The position numbers were made by a program, and so were the translations under genes. Positions 27,701 through 42,700 of a stretch of 64,000 nt of DNA are shown here, piece by piece (position 1 is the first letter of the stretch; each line of letters opens with the position of its first letter). The DNA comes from Tubiluchus corallicola (lineage: Eukaryota > Animalia > Priapulida): the NCBI GenBank assembly GCA_030141605.1, contig JAQGDQ010000136.1:124001-188000 (forward strand), in the 5' to 3' direction. The notes under the pieces are model-generated. The model was not told where the DNA came from, ran no database searches, and saw only the letters and a list, made by a program, of their open reading frames with translations.

Positions 27701-30700
27701 AGCTTCAAAGCGAAAGTGCTAGACAAGAGATTAAATCCTTAGCTACCAAAAATTCTTTGGTAACGAGGTTAATTACAGTGGATGAGCGGGTAAGAGATTC
27801 AAAGCAAAACTGCTACGCTAGCGTATTAGTGCATGATAAACGTAGCTGCTTGTAAACAAAAAAATATTTAACATGATTGTTTCTACATATATTATAGTGC
27901 ACAAAAACGAAGCAAAGATGACATAAAAGTAGCAAAGGCTTTTTGGGCACATACAAAAGTCTTATGTTAAGTATGTGAAGGGCAAATATTGAGTCAATTA
28001 TGCGGAGTTATTTGAGTCAATTACCAAAGGTTTTTATGTATATTTCAATAGAAGCGGCCCGTACCAAGCATTTTGGAGTCTGTAACCGTAAATCCATTAA
28101 CCGTAAGTCTATTAAGCGGAGCCTGCAATACTATGAAACTCTGCATCTCTAATTAAAAGTGTTACAATGAATAGCGATTAACCTAAAAGAAGTTTACTTT
28201 GTTATAATAACTTTGAGGTTAAGGCGCGTGAAATGCTGTCAAGTCACCAGATGCAATCTTTATTACAACAATGTAAATGATTTAAGTTTTTTCACTGTCT
28301 AACCAACAATCAACAACAGTTAAGCAATAACAAGTTTACCATTAGTATATGTTCCGAAATATCTTCCCGATCAATTAGTGTACCATTGACTGGCTCGATA
28401 GGTGGTTTCGGCAAACCCGTATCTTCTGAAATTTCCCGTTTTTCCCGGTTGAGCACCCATCTGGGAAAAACAATAAAGCTTTCACTAAGTTACAGTCTGT
28501 TTTAGTTGTAGTGTTAATAAGTTAGCAAAGGAATTTACTAGAAATAACAGAAAGATGAAATTTGGAAGCATTGCTGTACACAGCAAGAATAGCATATAAA
28601 ATATGTCAAAAGTTTTCAGATGATAAATACTCACATTTAAAATACTCGTCATTAGTTTTCATATCATGAGATGATGAATATTAATGAATTAGAAATACTT
28701 AATTAGTAGCTGTTAAGAAGATGATGTAAAAAATTAGGAAGTTGCTGGGTGGAGCATCGAAGTTTCGTCATTTGACTTTAGTGGTCATTATAACAACCCT
28801 TGCTTTTATGTACATAAAAACAACCATGATTCTATGTGTCCATGACCTTAAACCAGTGGTTCTTAACCTGGGTTCGATCGAACCCTAGGGGTTCGGTGAG
28901 TCGATCTCAGGGATTCGGCAGAGCCTCCGCCGCGGAGGTCCGGACACACTTGAATTATCGTGTAAATTCGTGATGACACACACGCCCTGCTGTGAACAGA
29001 CAAAAGGAACAGACTTTGCTGTGAAAATGACATGAGAGTGGCACTTGCCAAGGTGAAGCCATGCATATCTGAACTGGTCTCTCAAAGGCAACAGCAGAAG
29101 TCACACTGATTTGCAGGTATGTAATTTATTGTGAGTTTATGCATTGTGTTGGTTTTGTTCTTTGAACAAGGTGATGTTCATGCACGGCTCATTTTGTGTA
29201 CCAGTAAAAAACATATCCATGTCTTAAATTTGAAAAAAATCATATTTTATTTTTCACTAAAGAGGGGTTCGGTGAATGCGCATATGAAACTGGTGGGGTT
29301 CGGTACCTCCAACAAGGTTAAGAACCACTGCCTTAAACCTTTCGAATATGAGCACACGAGCAATTTTTAATGTAATTCTACTGGTAAATTTACTTCAATA
29401 TTGAACCAATCATTTGTTGGTTCTATTTTAAAATTTTTAGCTAGGTATTAAAGTAAATTTCAACAAACTGGTTCTTGGTCTTGACCTCCATAACTAATGC
29501 TAGTTTTACCTATAGTAAAAGACATCTTCCTGCCAAAAAATAACTGCAAGCATGCTTTGCAACTAGGGCATTGTATCCAGCAAAATAATTGAAATGGTCG
29601 AGTTCTCATTTGTGCAATTTGTTGCTACTACTTTCCTTATAAACGCTACATTAAATTACAAAAATAACTCGGTCGTGCAAACAAGATAAATTCCAACAAG
29701 TGCCAACCATGTTTGCAGAGTTTTTTCAGGCAAATAAAAGTTAAGAACTGTACAGCAGTAACTGTCTAGTAATTACCGGGTAATATCTTTAACTGTAATC
29801 TCGGCCGTGTCCTCATCTATCTCAAAAACATCTTCTGTTTGGTTTTCAATTGAATATTTGATCTTGGCATGTACACCAATATCAGCATCAGTAGCTACGA
29901 TGGGTAACGGATACTAAATAATAAAGTAGCAAGAATAAACATACAATAAAAATGCCTTTATATCTGGTAGTGAAGAAATTGGGGTGCTAAAATCAGGAAA
30001 GAAAAATTTAGTGAACATGTTGAAATACTGTTACACCTTACGTTTATAAATCAGCAATCCAACATTCAAAATTACACAAACGACACATAATCAGCTTAAT
30101 TATTTCATTATCTAGTAGGTCTTTTCTAACAATTAATTACATCTAATTACTCAATACACATTTACCTGCATAAGAATAAATGCTGAACAATAATTACAAA
30201 GAACGATTTACAATGCAGTCGAAACGAGAAAGGTAAAATACTCAAACAAATTTCTTAATTAAAAATCTAATTCATTCCATAATCGAAACTGTATTTCCGT
30301 ATAACTTCGAACTCTGGACAGTAAAAGCAAATTATAAAGCTGAAATTGACGTGTCTCAAAGGTGAAATTACAAAACCCTTTGGGTATCAGATGACCAAAA
30401 AAAAAAATAGAAAAAAAAGATTGAGCACATACTCAGACTACTTGATGACACTCCAGTGATGACAGCTCTTCGACAAGCAATAGAACCAAATAGAAAACCA
30501 GCAGTAGGACAATGTTAACATATTTAGATTTTCACAGAAAGATTTAAACACTTCAGTACTGATCCTTAGAAATAGAGGCCCTTGGCCCATTTGCAGAGAG
30601 TAGGGATGCTGGTATAGGAGATGAACAGAATGATGGCATGATTCAATGGACGAATTAAAAAAACTACAAGTGAAATACTAAACCTAGCTTCAAATCTAGC

Positions 30701-33700
30701 ATCAAAAAAAAAGGATCAATATGAATTTGAAATTGACACATAGCCATTTTACTTCAACAAAAGGAAATTAACTCTTACCATAAACACGGGAGTGCCTGCC
30801 TCCACACCTTCCCAAATGAAACCAGTATAGTCATATGGAAACTCAGGCACATTATCATTCTCATCTAAAACAGTGAGATGCACTTCGCAAAAACCCTAAA
30901 AATTTCAATAAGTGTTATAAATTAACAAAATAAACATAATTTTTGAAATATTTTAGTGGGTTATAATCATTTAATCACTTAAGTGGAAGGTTATTTTAAA
31001 AATAATGAAGTCTACACAACTTTTGGCTCTTCTGCACTAATCAAGCTACTCAGAATGGTGCACCGACCAACCTACACATGATGGTGCACCTACCAAGCAC
31101 TCTCAGCAGCAGTGTGACAGTGTGAGAAACAATACAAACACTTAAGTTTCTCCTCTCAGAAACAATACATGGCCAGTAGAAAAGCTAAGTCAGCGAACTG
31201 TTTTGCATCAGACTGTAAAAATACTCAAGACAACGAAAGCACCCAGTACCTTTCGTGGTGGCTGTCCTCCATCCACAGCCGCTAGGGTTATCATGTAGAA
31301 ATCTTTTTCTTCTCGATTAAGTTCCTGCATAGTCATCAAAATTCCCGCTCCTGCATCCTAAAGTCACAAGAGGCATTAAAAAAATAGTACATAAAGTTAT
31401 TAGGCCCGACATGATGGGTATGATTATAGAAAAGAGTAAAGCAAAGTCCAGGAATTCTAATAAAAGCTTCACGAATATCACAATTATAAACTCCCATAAT
31501 ATGGGCAAAAACATTATGGTTTTGTTTTCATAATGATTAACATAAGGTGCCAATAAAAACACTTAAGTTTCAGTCTCATCACCTGGACAATATCTTTTTA
31601 TCACACACCCGGTCGGCAATTCTTGTACGTTCATATACTTACCCAATGCAGTCATGTAAAAGTGTATTTTTTTTAATTTAAAACATAAAACGCTATAATT
31701 ATAGCATCATTGTTTTGGACGCAACTATGTTTTCCTAGGGCTAACCCTTGGCCAGGGTTGCCATTTTTTATGGTGCTAATTATCGTATTGGAGGCTAAAA
31801 TATATCGTGCCTTATGCTTGTAATGAAGGCCAAGTAGTGTTGCCATTTATACCATAATTATCGAAACATATGTCCATACGATACAAAAAAGAGAGTGCAC
31901 GATAATTAATAATTATACGTTAATGTAGTAATGTGAAACAAAAAACTAAAAGAAGTGTGCATTGGGGAAGTATATGAACGTACAAGAATTGTCGACCAGG
32001 TGTGTGATAAAAAGGTATTATCCGGGCATGTGCATTGAAAAAAATTTAAAAACATTACTGCTAAGCAGTGTGAAATAAACAAACTTTGATTTCAAGTGAT
32101 TTTGAATATCACGTGATTGAGCTTTAAACATTCACAAAGCTTTAAAAAACCTTTTTCCTCCCACCCTACTGACATCTTTTAAGCTCAGGAGGCAAAATCA
32201 CCTTTTAAACACAGAAACAATTTTTTTTGTGGCCAGCCTAGTTATTATTTAATAGTTTAAACAAACACTTAATTAAAAAATTATCATATGAGACAGCATG
32301 TACTTGATGTCTTGAAAACTTTGATTTGCTGAATATCCTACAAATGCAGTAATTTAGTCTTCAAAACTGACAAACCAGCTTTGACTTTAATGATATCAGT
32401 CTTGCACTCATGTTTTATTTCTTATACAACAAACTTCAGCAATGGCAATTTTGGCAACTTTCACACTAATTCAAAAACTATGATGATGTTCGCGTAATAA
32501 GCAACAGACAGAAAATACAATACCTTAAACTAATAGACCGTTAATCAGTTCTGCTATACAAAAAAATCACAAAGTTCTCCATTCTTTGACAAAAGTTATG
32601 AAGGTCCCTTTCTTTCACTAAATAAAGTTATCAAAGTGCCTGACTGCAGCTCCTAATTCGTCGCTATCTGACTTGATTGATAGATCTGAAACTTTTTCTC
32701 AATCTTTTTCTGAGCTTAAGTGGAATGCTGTTCTATAGCCTCAAAGGACCCTGACAGGTACCACAATTGCAACTTGCGCAAAAACAAAGTGCAGTATTGT
32801 AGACGTCGCGTGATATAGAAGTCAAGTTTCCAGATTAACATCATCACAGTAAATGCGAATGCTGCACTTACGGCAGTTTACTTACTGTAAGTCGCATACA
32901 GTGCCTGTCAGTAGCTTTTTAAGAACAACCCACTAAAGCCATCTTAAAGTTACACTGGCAGAACTAATTATACGAAAACGCAACATTTGGTATAATGATA
33001 CGATAATAACCACGAAATTTGAAACTACTCATGTTTTGATTATGTAAAAACAATAAATAAACAACAGTTATGCAGCTTCTGCATTGTGCACATCCAACAA
33101 CCTATAAATCTTAGGGAGATCATTCTCATCTAAACTATTTTGTTACACAATTATTTAGTTACAAACCATTGTTACGCTGATCAATTCTTCATGTTCGCTT
33201 GACCAGATTTCGTACTGCGTGATCTCGCCAAACACACCGGTGTCATTGTCGAAGGCCATAACAAAACCGAAAGTTGTTAGACTGTTCTCCATAACACTGA
33301 AGTTGTAGATATCCTGCTCAAACTGAGGCGAATACTTGTTGCTCAGTGAGAAATGCACAGAAAGACTCGTCTAAAATACACAAATAATTAATTTTATATA
33401 ATGCTTTCAGACTATAAGATAATAAACTTTTCAGGTTTTCACACACGACCAGCGGAAAAATGGCCTGCAAATGTCTAAAAAAACATTGCGTCACATTGCA
33501 AGCCCCGTGTCAGCTTGATAATATCATTTGTGCAACTGGTCGTAATCTCTGTGAGTAATAAAACTGTAAGATCCAATTCCATAACGTCGGTTAAAAGTTT
33601 AATACCTCGTTTTCAAATTCGCCATCATCGCACAAAACTGACACAAGATAGGAGTCTTGTTCGGCTACAGAAGTTTGTGTCACAACGCCAGTGAATGGGT

Positions 33701-36700
33701 TAATTTCAAATATGCCTACAAAAAATAAAGTAAAAAACTTAACAAGTTTATTTATTTTCTTACAGCAACATTTCAAAAATGGATCGGTTGTTTACAAATT
33801 TGCTATTTCTTTGCAGATTCACTTTGTCATAAACCAAGAAATATACCAAATGTGTTTTGCCCAATGTCTTCTAGCCAATAGGTCAAATTAGTGTTCTGTG
33901 GCAGGTCAAGATCCTTTGCCTCAACTGTTACAATAGGATCATCACCCACATCACCATCTCCAGAGAAGTATGCAAAATATTCACATGGAAAATATGGAGG
34001 ATTGTCGTTAATATCCTCAATATAAAATTCCACCTAAAAAAGAAATTTTATAAACAAAGTCAAATTTTCAAAATGACATTTGATTATTTTCTGTTATTGT
34101 AGATTAATTAAAAAAACATAATTTTAAAACTCATTTATGAAACAGCCAATTTTGTAAGATTATGTAAACCAGTATTATATAGAAGAAAAGTTTAATAAAA
34201 AAATTAAAAATTTTGATACTCAAACAATTCTTTGTTACTACATATACACTAATAATTGTTAGTTACTACAAAAAAATATTAAAACATGTTATTATGGGTT
34301 TGCCAATTGCATCAAGAATTTAGAAACTCGCCTTTATTAAGCTGTAGAGAGGTGGCTCTCCACCATCCATGGCTAGCACAGACAGTGTATACAGTGCGGT
34401 GCCATTCTCAGTAATTGGTAAACCTGGTTGCTCACGATTCAATGCTTCCTCAACAGTAATTATTCCCTTAAAAAAATAACTAATATAAAAATGCACATCA
34501 ACTTGTTTAGAAATAAGGGCATGATTGGTATAAAAAGCAGCACTTGTTTTAGTATATTAATAATTAATCAATCGAATATTTGTTTGATATAAAGAAACAT
34601 GATCCAGACTTCAAACCAGTGTTATTTTCAAGTGTTTCAAAGAGTTTTATTTCAGAAATTTTGAACAACACAACAACAATAATGCAACGCTATATCAATT
34701 CTTGTGATTACAATCATGTTAAAGGTTTATCTTTTGGTTTGGGGTGTCCATGAAGCCAAAACGGTCATTTCAAGCATTTCTAAACTTTATAACTTTATAA
34801 TGGGATCATAGCGGATGGGTGCTACACAAGCAAAAGTTTACTCAACACAAGCTACTATCGGGTTCATTTTTTGAAGGAAGCACGGTCAGTTTTGTGAAGT
34901 TTTGCATAAATATTCACATGCAGCTTCCGGAAAGAATATTTTTTGCAAATGTTTTGTGTGTTTCAGATAAAAACGTATGCCTGATTCAGCAGCACAATTT
35001 CGTGAGTCCCCACAGACAAATTACAAAAGTCTGTTATGGGATATTACACCAATAAGAACTACAAAAGTTGTAAAAGCAAAAAGAAGATATTATATGGAAT
35101 GCTCATCTGTTACAGATAATTAAGTATTATATAAACAAGTTAAATGTGGTTAATTGTGCTGTAGGCAAAATAACTGTGAGACAAGGAATTTTATTTCTAT
35201 GGTAACAGAAAACAACTACTTAATTGTTCAAGAACATACGTTCAAGAATTGCACAAAAAACAGTCCATGTAATATATATATATATATAGAGGTTATATAT
35301 ATATATATATATATATATAATTGATGAATTAAAACTGTTCAATAAAAACATAAACTGTTTTGTTAAACAATATTTTCATTCTATTATTTTAATTAATAAG
35401 TTGGAGATTATTATAGTGCTGTATAAGCAGGATAACAGTACAATTACAAATACGGAGAAATGGAATGAAGCCAAAACCTATGTAGTAAAGAAATTTTGCT
35501 AACAAATGAAGTATATGTTTGCAGCAAAATCGGAAGACTGCTGCACGAAGAATCTAATTCTTTGGCAACTCTTCAACGGCATAAAAAAGAGATATCATAA
35601 TTGGTCTGTAATCTGGGAGCAATAGGACAATACATGAATTTCAAAGTAAGTTTAATCCGGATAATTTCCATTGTTTTTCGAGTTTAGTAATTTTTAACTC
35701 TACTGCTTTTTTCTGGACTACAAGAATGAGCTGCCTGCTAACATATGAATCCATCAAAAAGTTACATATCTCTTTGACAAACAATTCTCTCTTAAAGAAT
35801 TGAGTAATTCAAAAGTAACTAATGAGTTAAACAAACAAACATCATCTCACACAACAATGTGGTATCTCATTTACCTTGTATGTACCATTCGTATCAACCG
35901 TTTCAATACTGAATGCTGTATTCTCTTCGGCATCTAAAATTGCGAATGTGATTTCAGCATTTTTACCTTCATCCAAATCGACAGCTTCAAATTCAAAAGT
36001 TTTAGAAACTCCACCGTCACCTGCACGAAATACAAAAGAAAATAAATAAAGTCAATGGCATGAAGTGAATGAAATAACTAAATGAATTTGCAAATAACAT
36101 GTACCACAATTGGTATAAGAATACAGAAAGATTTATTACAAGTTTTAGCAAAATTATTTGGTGTTTTAAAAAACAACTATGGAGTTAGGGACGCTTGAAT
36201 ATTTTGACTAGGCACAAAAAGCAAACAACATTGCAAATTAAAAAATTTAAATTGGCAGGTGAAAATCAAGACCATCTAAGATAGACCACGAAAAATAACA
36301 CATAGTTTTAGCTGAATAAGTTTTGCAGAAATTCTTTTACAGCATGTAGCATTGGTATGTTAGCTAGTTAGCTTGTAGAACAATGCTACCACCAGCACAC
36401 TAGTCACTGACTGTTCACACCATTAAATTTCACTCAGCTCAACATTAGCAAAGTCAATAGCCTTGAATGTGTGTTTCATACTGACCAGAATGTTGCTAAA
36501 TCAGTTTTAACCCTCCCAATTATCACTTCATATTAACCACGTCTTACCATTAGCCATTTTATTTAGGCTAAGAGTACATAATAAAGCTAGTTAAGTAAAA
36601 TAAAAAGGATAAACTACCACTACCTTTACGCACAATTCAGCTAATAGAACAATACTTATCACGTGTGCAACAATTCTACAATGTTTATATTGTATGATTT

Positions 36701-39700
36701 ATAACGAAATCAAAAGAAGCCAAGAATATACCTTCCAGAACGCTCATATTGTATGGTGTATCAATGAATTGAGGAGGGTTGTCATTCACATCAATCACAT
36801 AAATATCCACTTCTGCAGTTCCCTGAATAAGTAATGAAGAACTCATCAAAATGCCATTTTACCACTTTTAAATAGTCTAGCAAGTTTTTAAAGAAATTAT
36901 GTATAAAAATGGTGATTCTGAGCTTCATACTTTCTGAATAAAAAATAATGTTCCATCTATTTATTACATAATTTGTAAAAAAGGTAGAAATTTCCAACAC
37001 ACAACTTGAAGCATAACTTTTGGCAGCGAGCAGTAGCATAGCTAAGAGAGGGTTCTCAGAGCAGAGGGGACATGGGGAGAAGGGTCTGCCCTGGATGGTA
37101 CCCTTCAGAAGGCAGCACAAGTTGCACAGAAAAAGTTGACTCTGTTGAAACAGTAAAGGGCAAAATACCTGAAACAATTTTCCATGAAAATACTGCTTAA
37201 AGCACCTTGTACCTAAAATTCGCCAAAACGTATTTAATATCTTTGTAATGTTCACATAATTTTCGTTTTCAAAGTTTCTATGCAATATATATTTGGCTTA
37301 ACTGTAAAGCAAATTTATCATTACGTTCTGTTCTGTGTCAATATTTGAATAAGCCTCTGAAAAGGCTATCACATAACTTTTGCAAAATGCAGGGAAACAT
37401 TTATTTCTTCACAAATAAATTTTCCAGTAATACTTTGTTACTTATCGCAACTGCAATGCAACTCTGCTAAATTTTACTAATATAAGATCTTAAATCACAA
37501 GGATATTACTACATTCTATTTTTCAGGGACGGTGCACATAAAAGCATGTATTACTATTATAAGTGTTGTGTTAAATTTGCGAGCAAGCTGCTGTCTTCCT
37601 AGACAGTTCATGCATTGTAGCGTCAAATGAAGACTGTAGCAATTAAATTGTAAAGTGTGATAATTTATTTTAGCGTGGATGCGTAAAAAGATTGCACTAC
37701 ATTTAAAATTTCCATACATTTTCAAAAAAAGTTTAGTTTTTATTTTGAGCAGTGGAATAAAGTGTAACATGGGTCACTTTATGTCAACATCGACAGCTAA
37801 TAATTGAACATCCATCAATGATCAAAAAACCCATGTAACTGTAATAACCGCGTACCTTTCTGCCTGACGGATCGAGGGCTTCAACTATTAACTTGTAGTC
37901 TTTCTGGTTTTCTCGATCAAGGTACCCGAAGAGATCCCCACTAACGTATATCACGCCAGAATCTTTGTTAATGGCAAATGGATCACTTGTACCTATAAAA
38001 AAAGTGTAAAAAAATGTTCGTTTAACTAATAACACAAAAAACAAAGCCCTAAGCACTGTCAATTTTGCTGACAATCTTTTGTAATTGTTTAGTTGCTGCA
38101 AATCATATTTGCAAGTAATGCCTATACTAATGCAGGTCATTCTCAATTCTTGGTAACATAAAAAGCAAATATGTTTATTTATTCTGCATTTAAATAAAAA
38201 TGCTGTTTAACCTATCATTGTTTACTAAAATGTTAGGATTTCTTTAGAAATAGTATCAAGTAAGTATCCTAATTAATTGCGTCATGGCTGGCAATACTGC
38301 TGCTGCTGCTGCTGCTACTACTACTACTACTACTACTACTACTGATAATAATAATAATAATAATAACAATAATAATAATAATTATTATTATTATAATAAT
38401 AATAATGCATACTTGTTTTTAATTTATAGGTAATGGGTAGTTCGTTTATTGGACTCTCAGCCCAAACTTCAGTAACATATGATCCATCTGGTGCATTCTG
38501 AAACCCAAAAAATACATGTATAAACATAACTTATTTTAAGTGATAAACAATGAGCTAAACAACAAAGATTAGCACATAAAAAGAGGATAAGAAGTCATCC
38601 AATAGTTCAAAATTTTCAACACTATTTTTTAAAGCCTAAAACCTAACGACTAAAGGAGAATCTTTAAAAGACACAGACAATGATGGTGGTGGCAATGGCG
38701 ACGATGACAATAAAGACAACGACAAGAATAAGTACTAAATTTAATAACGGAAGGCAAGAAACTGCATAAGTTTACAATAACTGTTTAAGAACAAACTGAG
38801 CAATGTCGTTCTTAGTGCTTGAGATAGGTCCTCAGGAAAACAATATCTTGGGTCAGAAGGCCACTTCTGTTGTAGTGCTACATTATATTACCAACTTTTC
38901 ACTCTTGTGAATTAAGCAGTGTACCCATCAGGATTAGAACCAGAACTCAGCAGATCCAGTAACACACACAGATAAAAACAAAACTACGAATGTATGAAAA
39001 TATCACAAAATTATGCACAGACAACTCTAATTTTATCTGCACAATGCTGTACAGATGTGAAATAGTATATAGACTAGCCAAACCCTGCAAAAAGAATTTT
39101 GCACAACGCACCACCCCCTCCAAACCACACCACTCACAGCACACCATCCACAACACACCAGACCCTGCACACAACACAAACACCACAAACACCACGCCTC
39201 CTATACCACACTAGACCACACCAACGGGCCATACACTAGACCACACCAACATGCCATACTACTCACAACACACCACGCTATGCCACTCACAACACACCAA
39301 CCCACCATACCACTCACAACACATCACCCATACCACATCCACCACACTACCCACACCACATCGCACCCACCACACCACATCCGCCACACTACCCACACCA
39401 CCCACATCCGCCACACTACCCACACCACCCACACCATACCATCACCCACATTATGCCACCAACCACAACACCCACACACCACACCACCCACACCATGCCA
39501 CGCTACCCACAACACACCAAACCCATCACATTACATGATTATAATGACGATGATGATGATGGTGACGACGATGGCACCTATACCATCAACACCAATAACA
39601 AAGCAGCATAGCTAAACCATGCAAAACATTTTGCACAAAGAAAAAACTGTATGCTATGACAAAAGCTAATAGACCCATCCTCCATGATCATTAATGCAGG

Positions 39701-42700
39701 CACATTCTACGTAGTTTTTGCAAACTGCTCCTTTTGATCATAATAGACTACTATTATAATGCTTACATTATAACAGCCAGCAGCAGCTTTTACTGAAGCA
39801 AAATTACAGGCAGAGTATAATGGATGACGTCAGAACCATGGCTTTGCGTCAGTAGTTTTCGGAGTGAAAATTGCCAGAAATGGAACCTCCAATCAACTCG
39901 TCACAGCTTCTCAAGATGGACATATCCTAAAATACAGCCCACATCATCGTGTAGCCCTTTCTTCCCCTTTCCAAAGAGCTACATATCACCTTCCAAGAGG
40001 CACACCAGACGCCTCTAAGACAGTTTTTCTACAGGCTGTTTGGTCAAAATTTCAAAAAAATCGGGAGTTGGGTCCGGGAAAATGCCTGTTGTGGGTATTA
40101 GTGACCATCCCGCGAAATTTAAATATGACTATTACACCTACCATTGAATGGGCTATTCAACCATTGCCTCTGGCCTATTCCTGTTCTCTATAATTAAGAG
40201 GTATAAGTTTTACAAAAAACAGCCGAAAATGGCCATTTTTGGAGGTTTTTTGCCCGTCCCCTCATTTAATATATACCGAAATACTATAATAATTACTGAA
40301 ATTAATATATATGATTCTAGAATAAATCTAAGGTATCATTAACAAAGTGTCGTTGTTCAACACAAGTATTACCTCCAACACTTCTCCGGTATAAGTTTTC
40401 TCAGTGAACACTGGTTCAGACGATTGTTTAACATATACAGTCAGTTTAGTCTCGACATTAGCAACACCATCTCCTGTTGCTTCAATCTGAAACATTTCAA
40501 TATTATAGAAACCATACCTTCTTTATAATAACATGTACTGTGTATGTAAATAAACTTTGGCTCTAAATGTGACCATATACACTGTTATAAACAAAATATA
40601 ACAAAATTTTTACAAATATAATAATGATCACGTAACCTTCATTTCGTAGGTGCCATCAGTTAGCATTTGTGTTGTATTAGCAACAGAAAACATGGCACTT
40701 TTATTGACACTTTCCATTTCAAACATGTCTCCTGCTCCACCATCATCCAGTATTTCATAGGTTATCGTCTGAAACCACAAATATAATAACTGAAAAAACA
40801 TACATTTCATAACACAAGTTTTACATACAATATCCATTATACTAGAATAGTTAGTGGCGATTCTATCAATTAGTTTAAGACTATCTTTGCATTACAAAGT
40901 TCACAAAATATGTTAACAATCAAATATAACAATCACATTATTACAAATAAAATGGCACATTTACTTATTATATATATATTTGCAGTTATGTGCATAGAAT
41001 TTTTTATACAGATTCATTAAAATTATACTGTAATTACTCTAAGAACCATTAAAATACAGTGTTCCCTCACTTATCGTGGGTGTTCCGTTCCAGGCCCACC
41101 TGCGATAAGTGAATTTCCGTGAAGTAGGGACGCTATACTTATTTTAGTAGTTATATATTTTTTTAAGTCTTTATAAACCCTCCCCACACTCTTATACATA
41201 ACCCTTTCCCATTCCCTTAATAACTTTTGCCATACTGTACATGTACTTTTTAAAAAATGAAAATTTCACAAATAGCGTACACAACACCGCAGATGAAAAC
41301 TACACACGCGCGACAGTCGGATGCTACCGTGAAAAGAAAGAGCTGAGAGGATGGTAGCTGCACACAGCGAAAAAAAACAAATTGCACGGTACCTAAGCCA
41401 ATCAGCGACTGGGATACAGTGCAGCATTCTCTGGTTGGTCACTTTCCATCAATCACCTACTCGTGTGTTGTGTACAATCTCACGTTGGCAAGTAGCATCT
41501 CCAGCAACAATACTTTAGACGGAGGACCGCAAAAACCCGCGAAATAGCGAAAATACCATGATAATTATTTAACATTAGAATTTTTGAAAACCCGCAAAAC
41601 AGTGAGTCCGCGATAAACGAACCACGAAGTAGCAAGGGAACACTGTATTTGTAACTAGTGAATAACATATTAGCAGATGTGTTAGTATAATAATTAAAAA
41701 CAATTATATTTAACAATATTTAACAATATAATAATCAAAAACAATTATATTTAACAATTGAAAACAAAATAAAAAAATAACCTATAAATAGCAAGCAAAG
41801 ATTAGATAATGTAAAAACGAGCTTCGTGATTAGCAATGAACAGCAGAGCCTACACAGTTTGGATAGTTGTTAAAGGACTGGAACCTATTTCCTTATTAAA
41901 GACAATTCTCTACGATGTAACGCTAAACCAGCAGAAGTGTCGGCGCCACTTACAGATAGCTCCCAATGAGAAAAATGCGCCCACGGATTTTCTCATCCTT
42001 TTACGTACATAAAAAGATTAGGCCTAAAATATATAAGTGCACTAGTGATAATTTTACTGATGCAACCATTTAAACGAATTTAACATTAACATTCATGGAA
42101 ATATTTTGAATGATCATTAAAATCACAATTTTACAACAAATATTTGAACTTTGCATGAAAAGAGGCTTTTTTTATCATTAATACAAAAGAAATGAGAAAG
42201 CTAATTTATATGCAACCTTACTGCAAATTTTTAAGGTGTCACCATATTCGCTAGTCCTAGTATAAGAAAATAAAAATCTACTACTAAAATCAGCTGAGTT
42301 GATCTAAGCTAGATCTGTGCTGACAACATTGATGACCATTTTTCGTTAAATTGTATCAAATCTCAAATTTTGCAACAATAATTTTCACACGATAAGATAA
42401 GGGGTAAGCTAAAATAAGGGAAGACAAGGTAGGGTAAGGTAAGGCAATGTAAGGTAAGGTAAGGTAAGCTAAGCTAAGGTAAGAAATATTCATTTATTTA
42501 TGTACCTCATGTAAGTCAATCAGTACATAAAAACATCTGGATATTTTTAAAATTTAGTAAAGCAAAAATTATTTTGTAGTATATGGAGAAAGAAACAAAA
42601 CTAGTGGAGAAAGTATGCGCAAACTATGGCAAACAACCATACGGTCAACTAAGTCAGCCGCCTTTATTTTAGTGATTTTGTACTTTTCACACATGGCTGG

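Noticed and set aside
38947-39615. His/Thr/Pro-rich and Val/Trp-rich ORFs
   Set aside because: Products of CAC-rich low-complexity DNA; flanking exons join in phase without them.
39800-40300. GC-richer segment with three short + strand ORFs
   Set aside because: No domain similarity recognised; probably a TE remnant, boundaries undefined.
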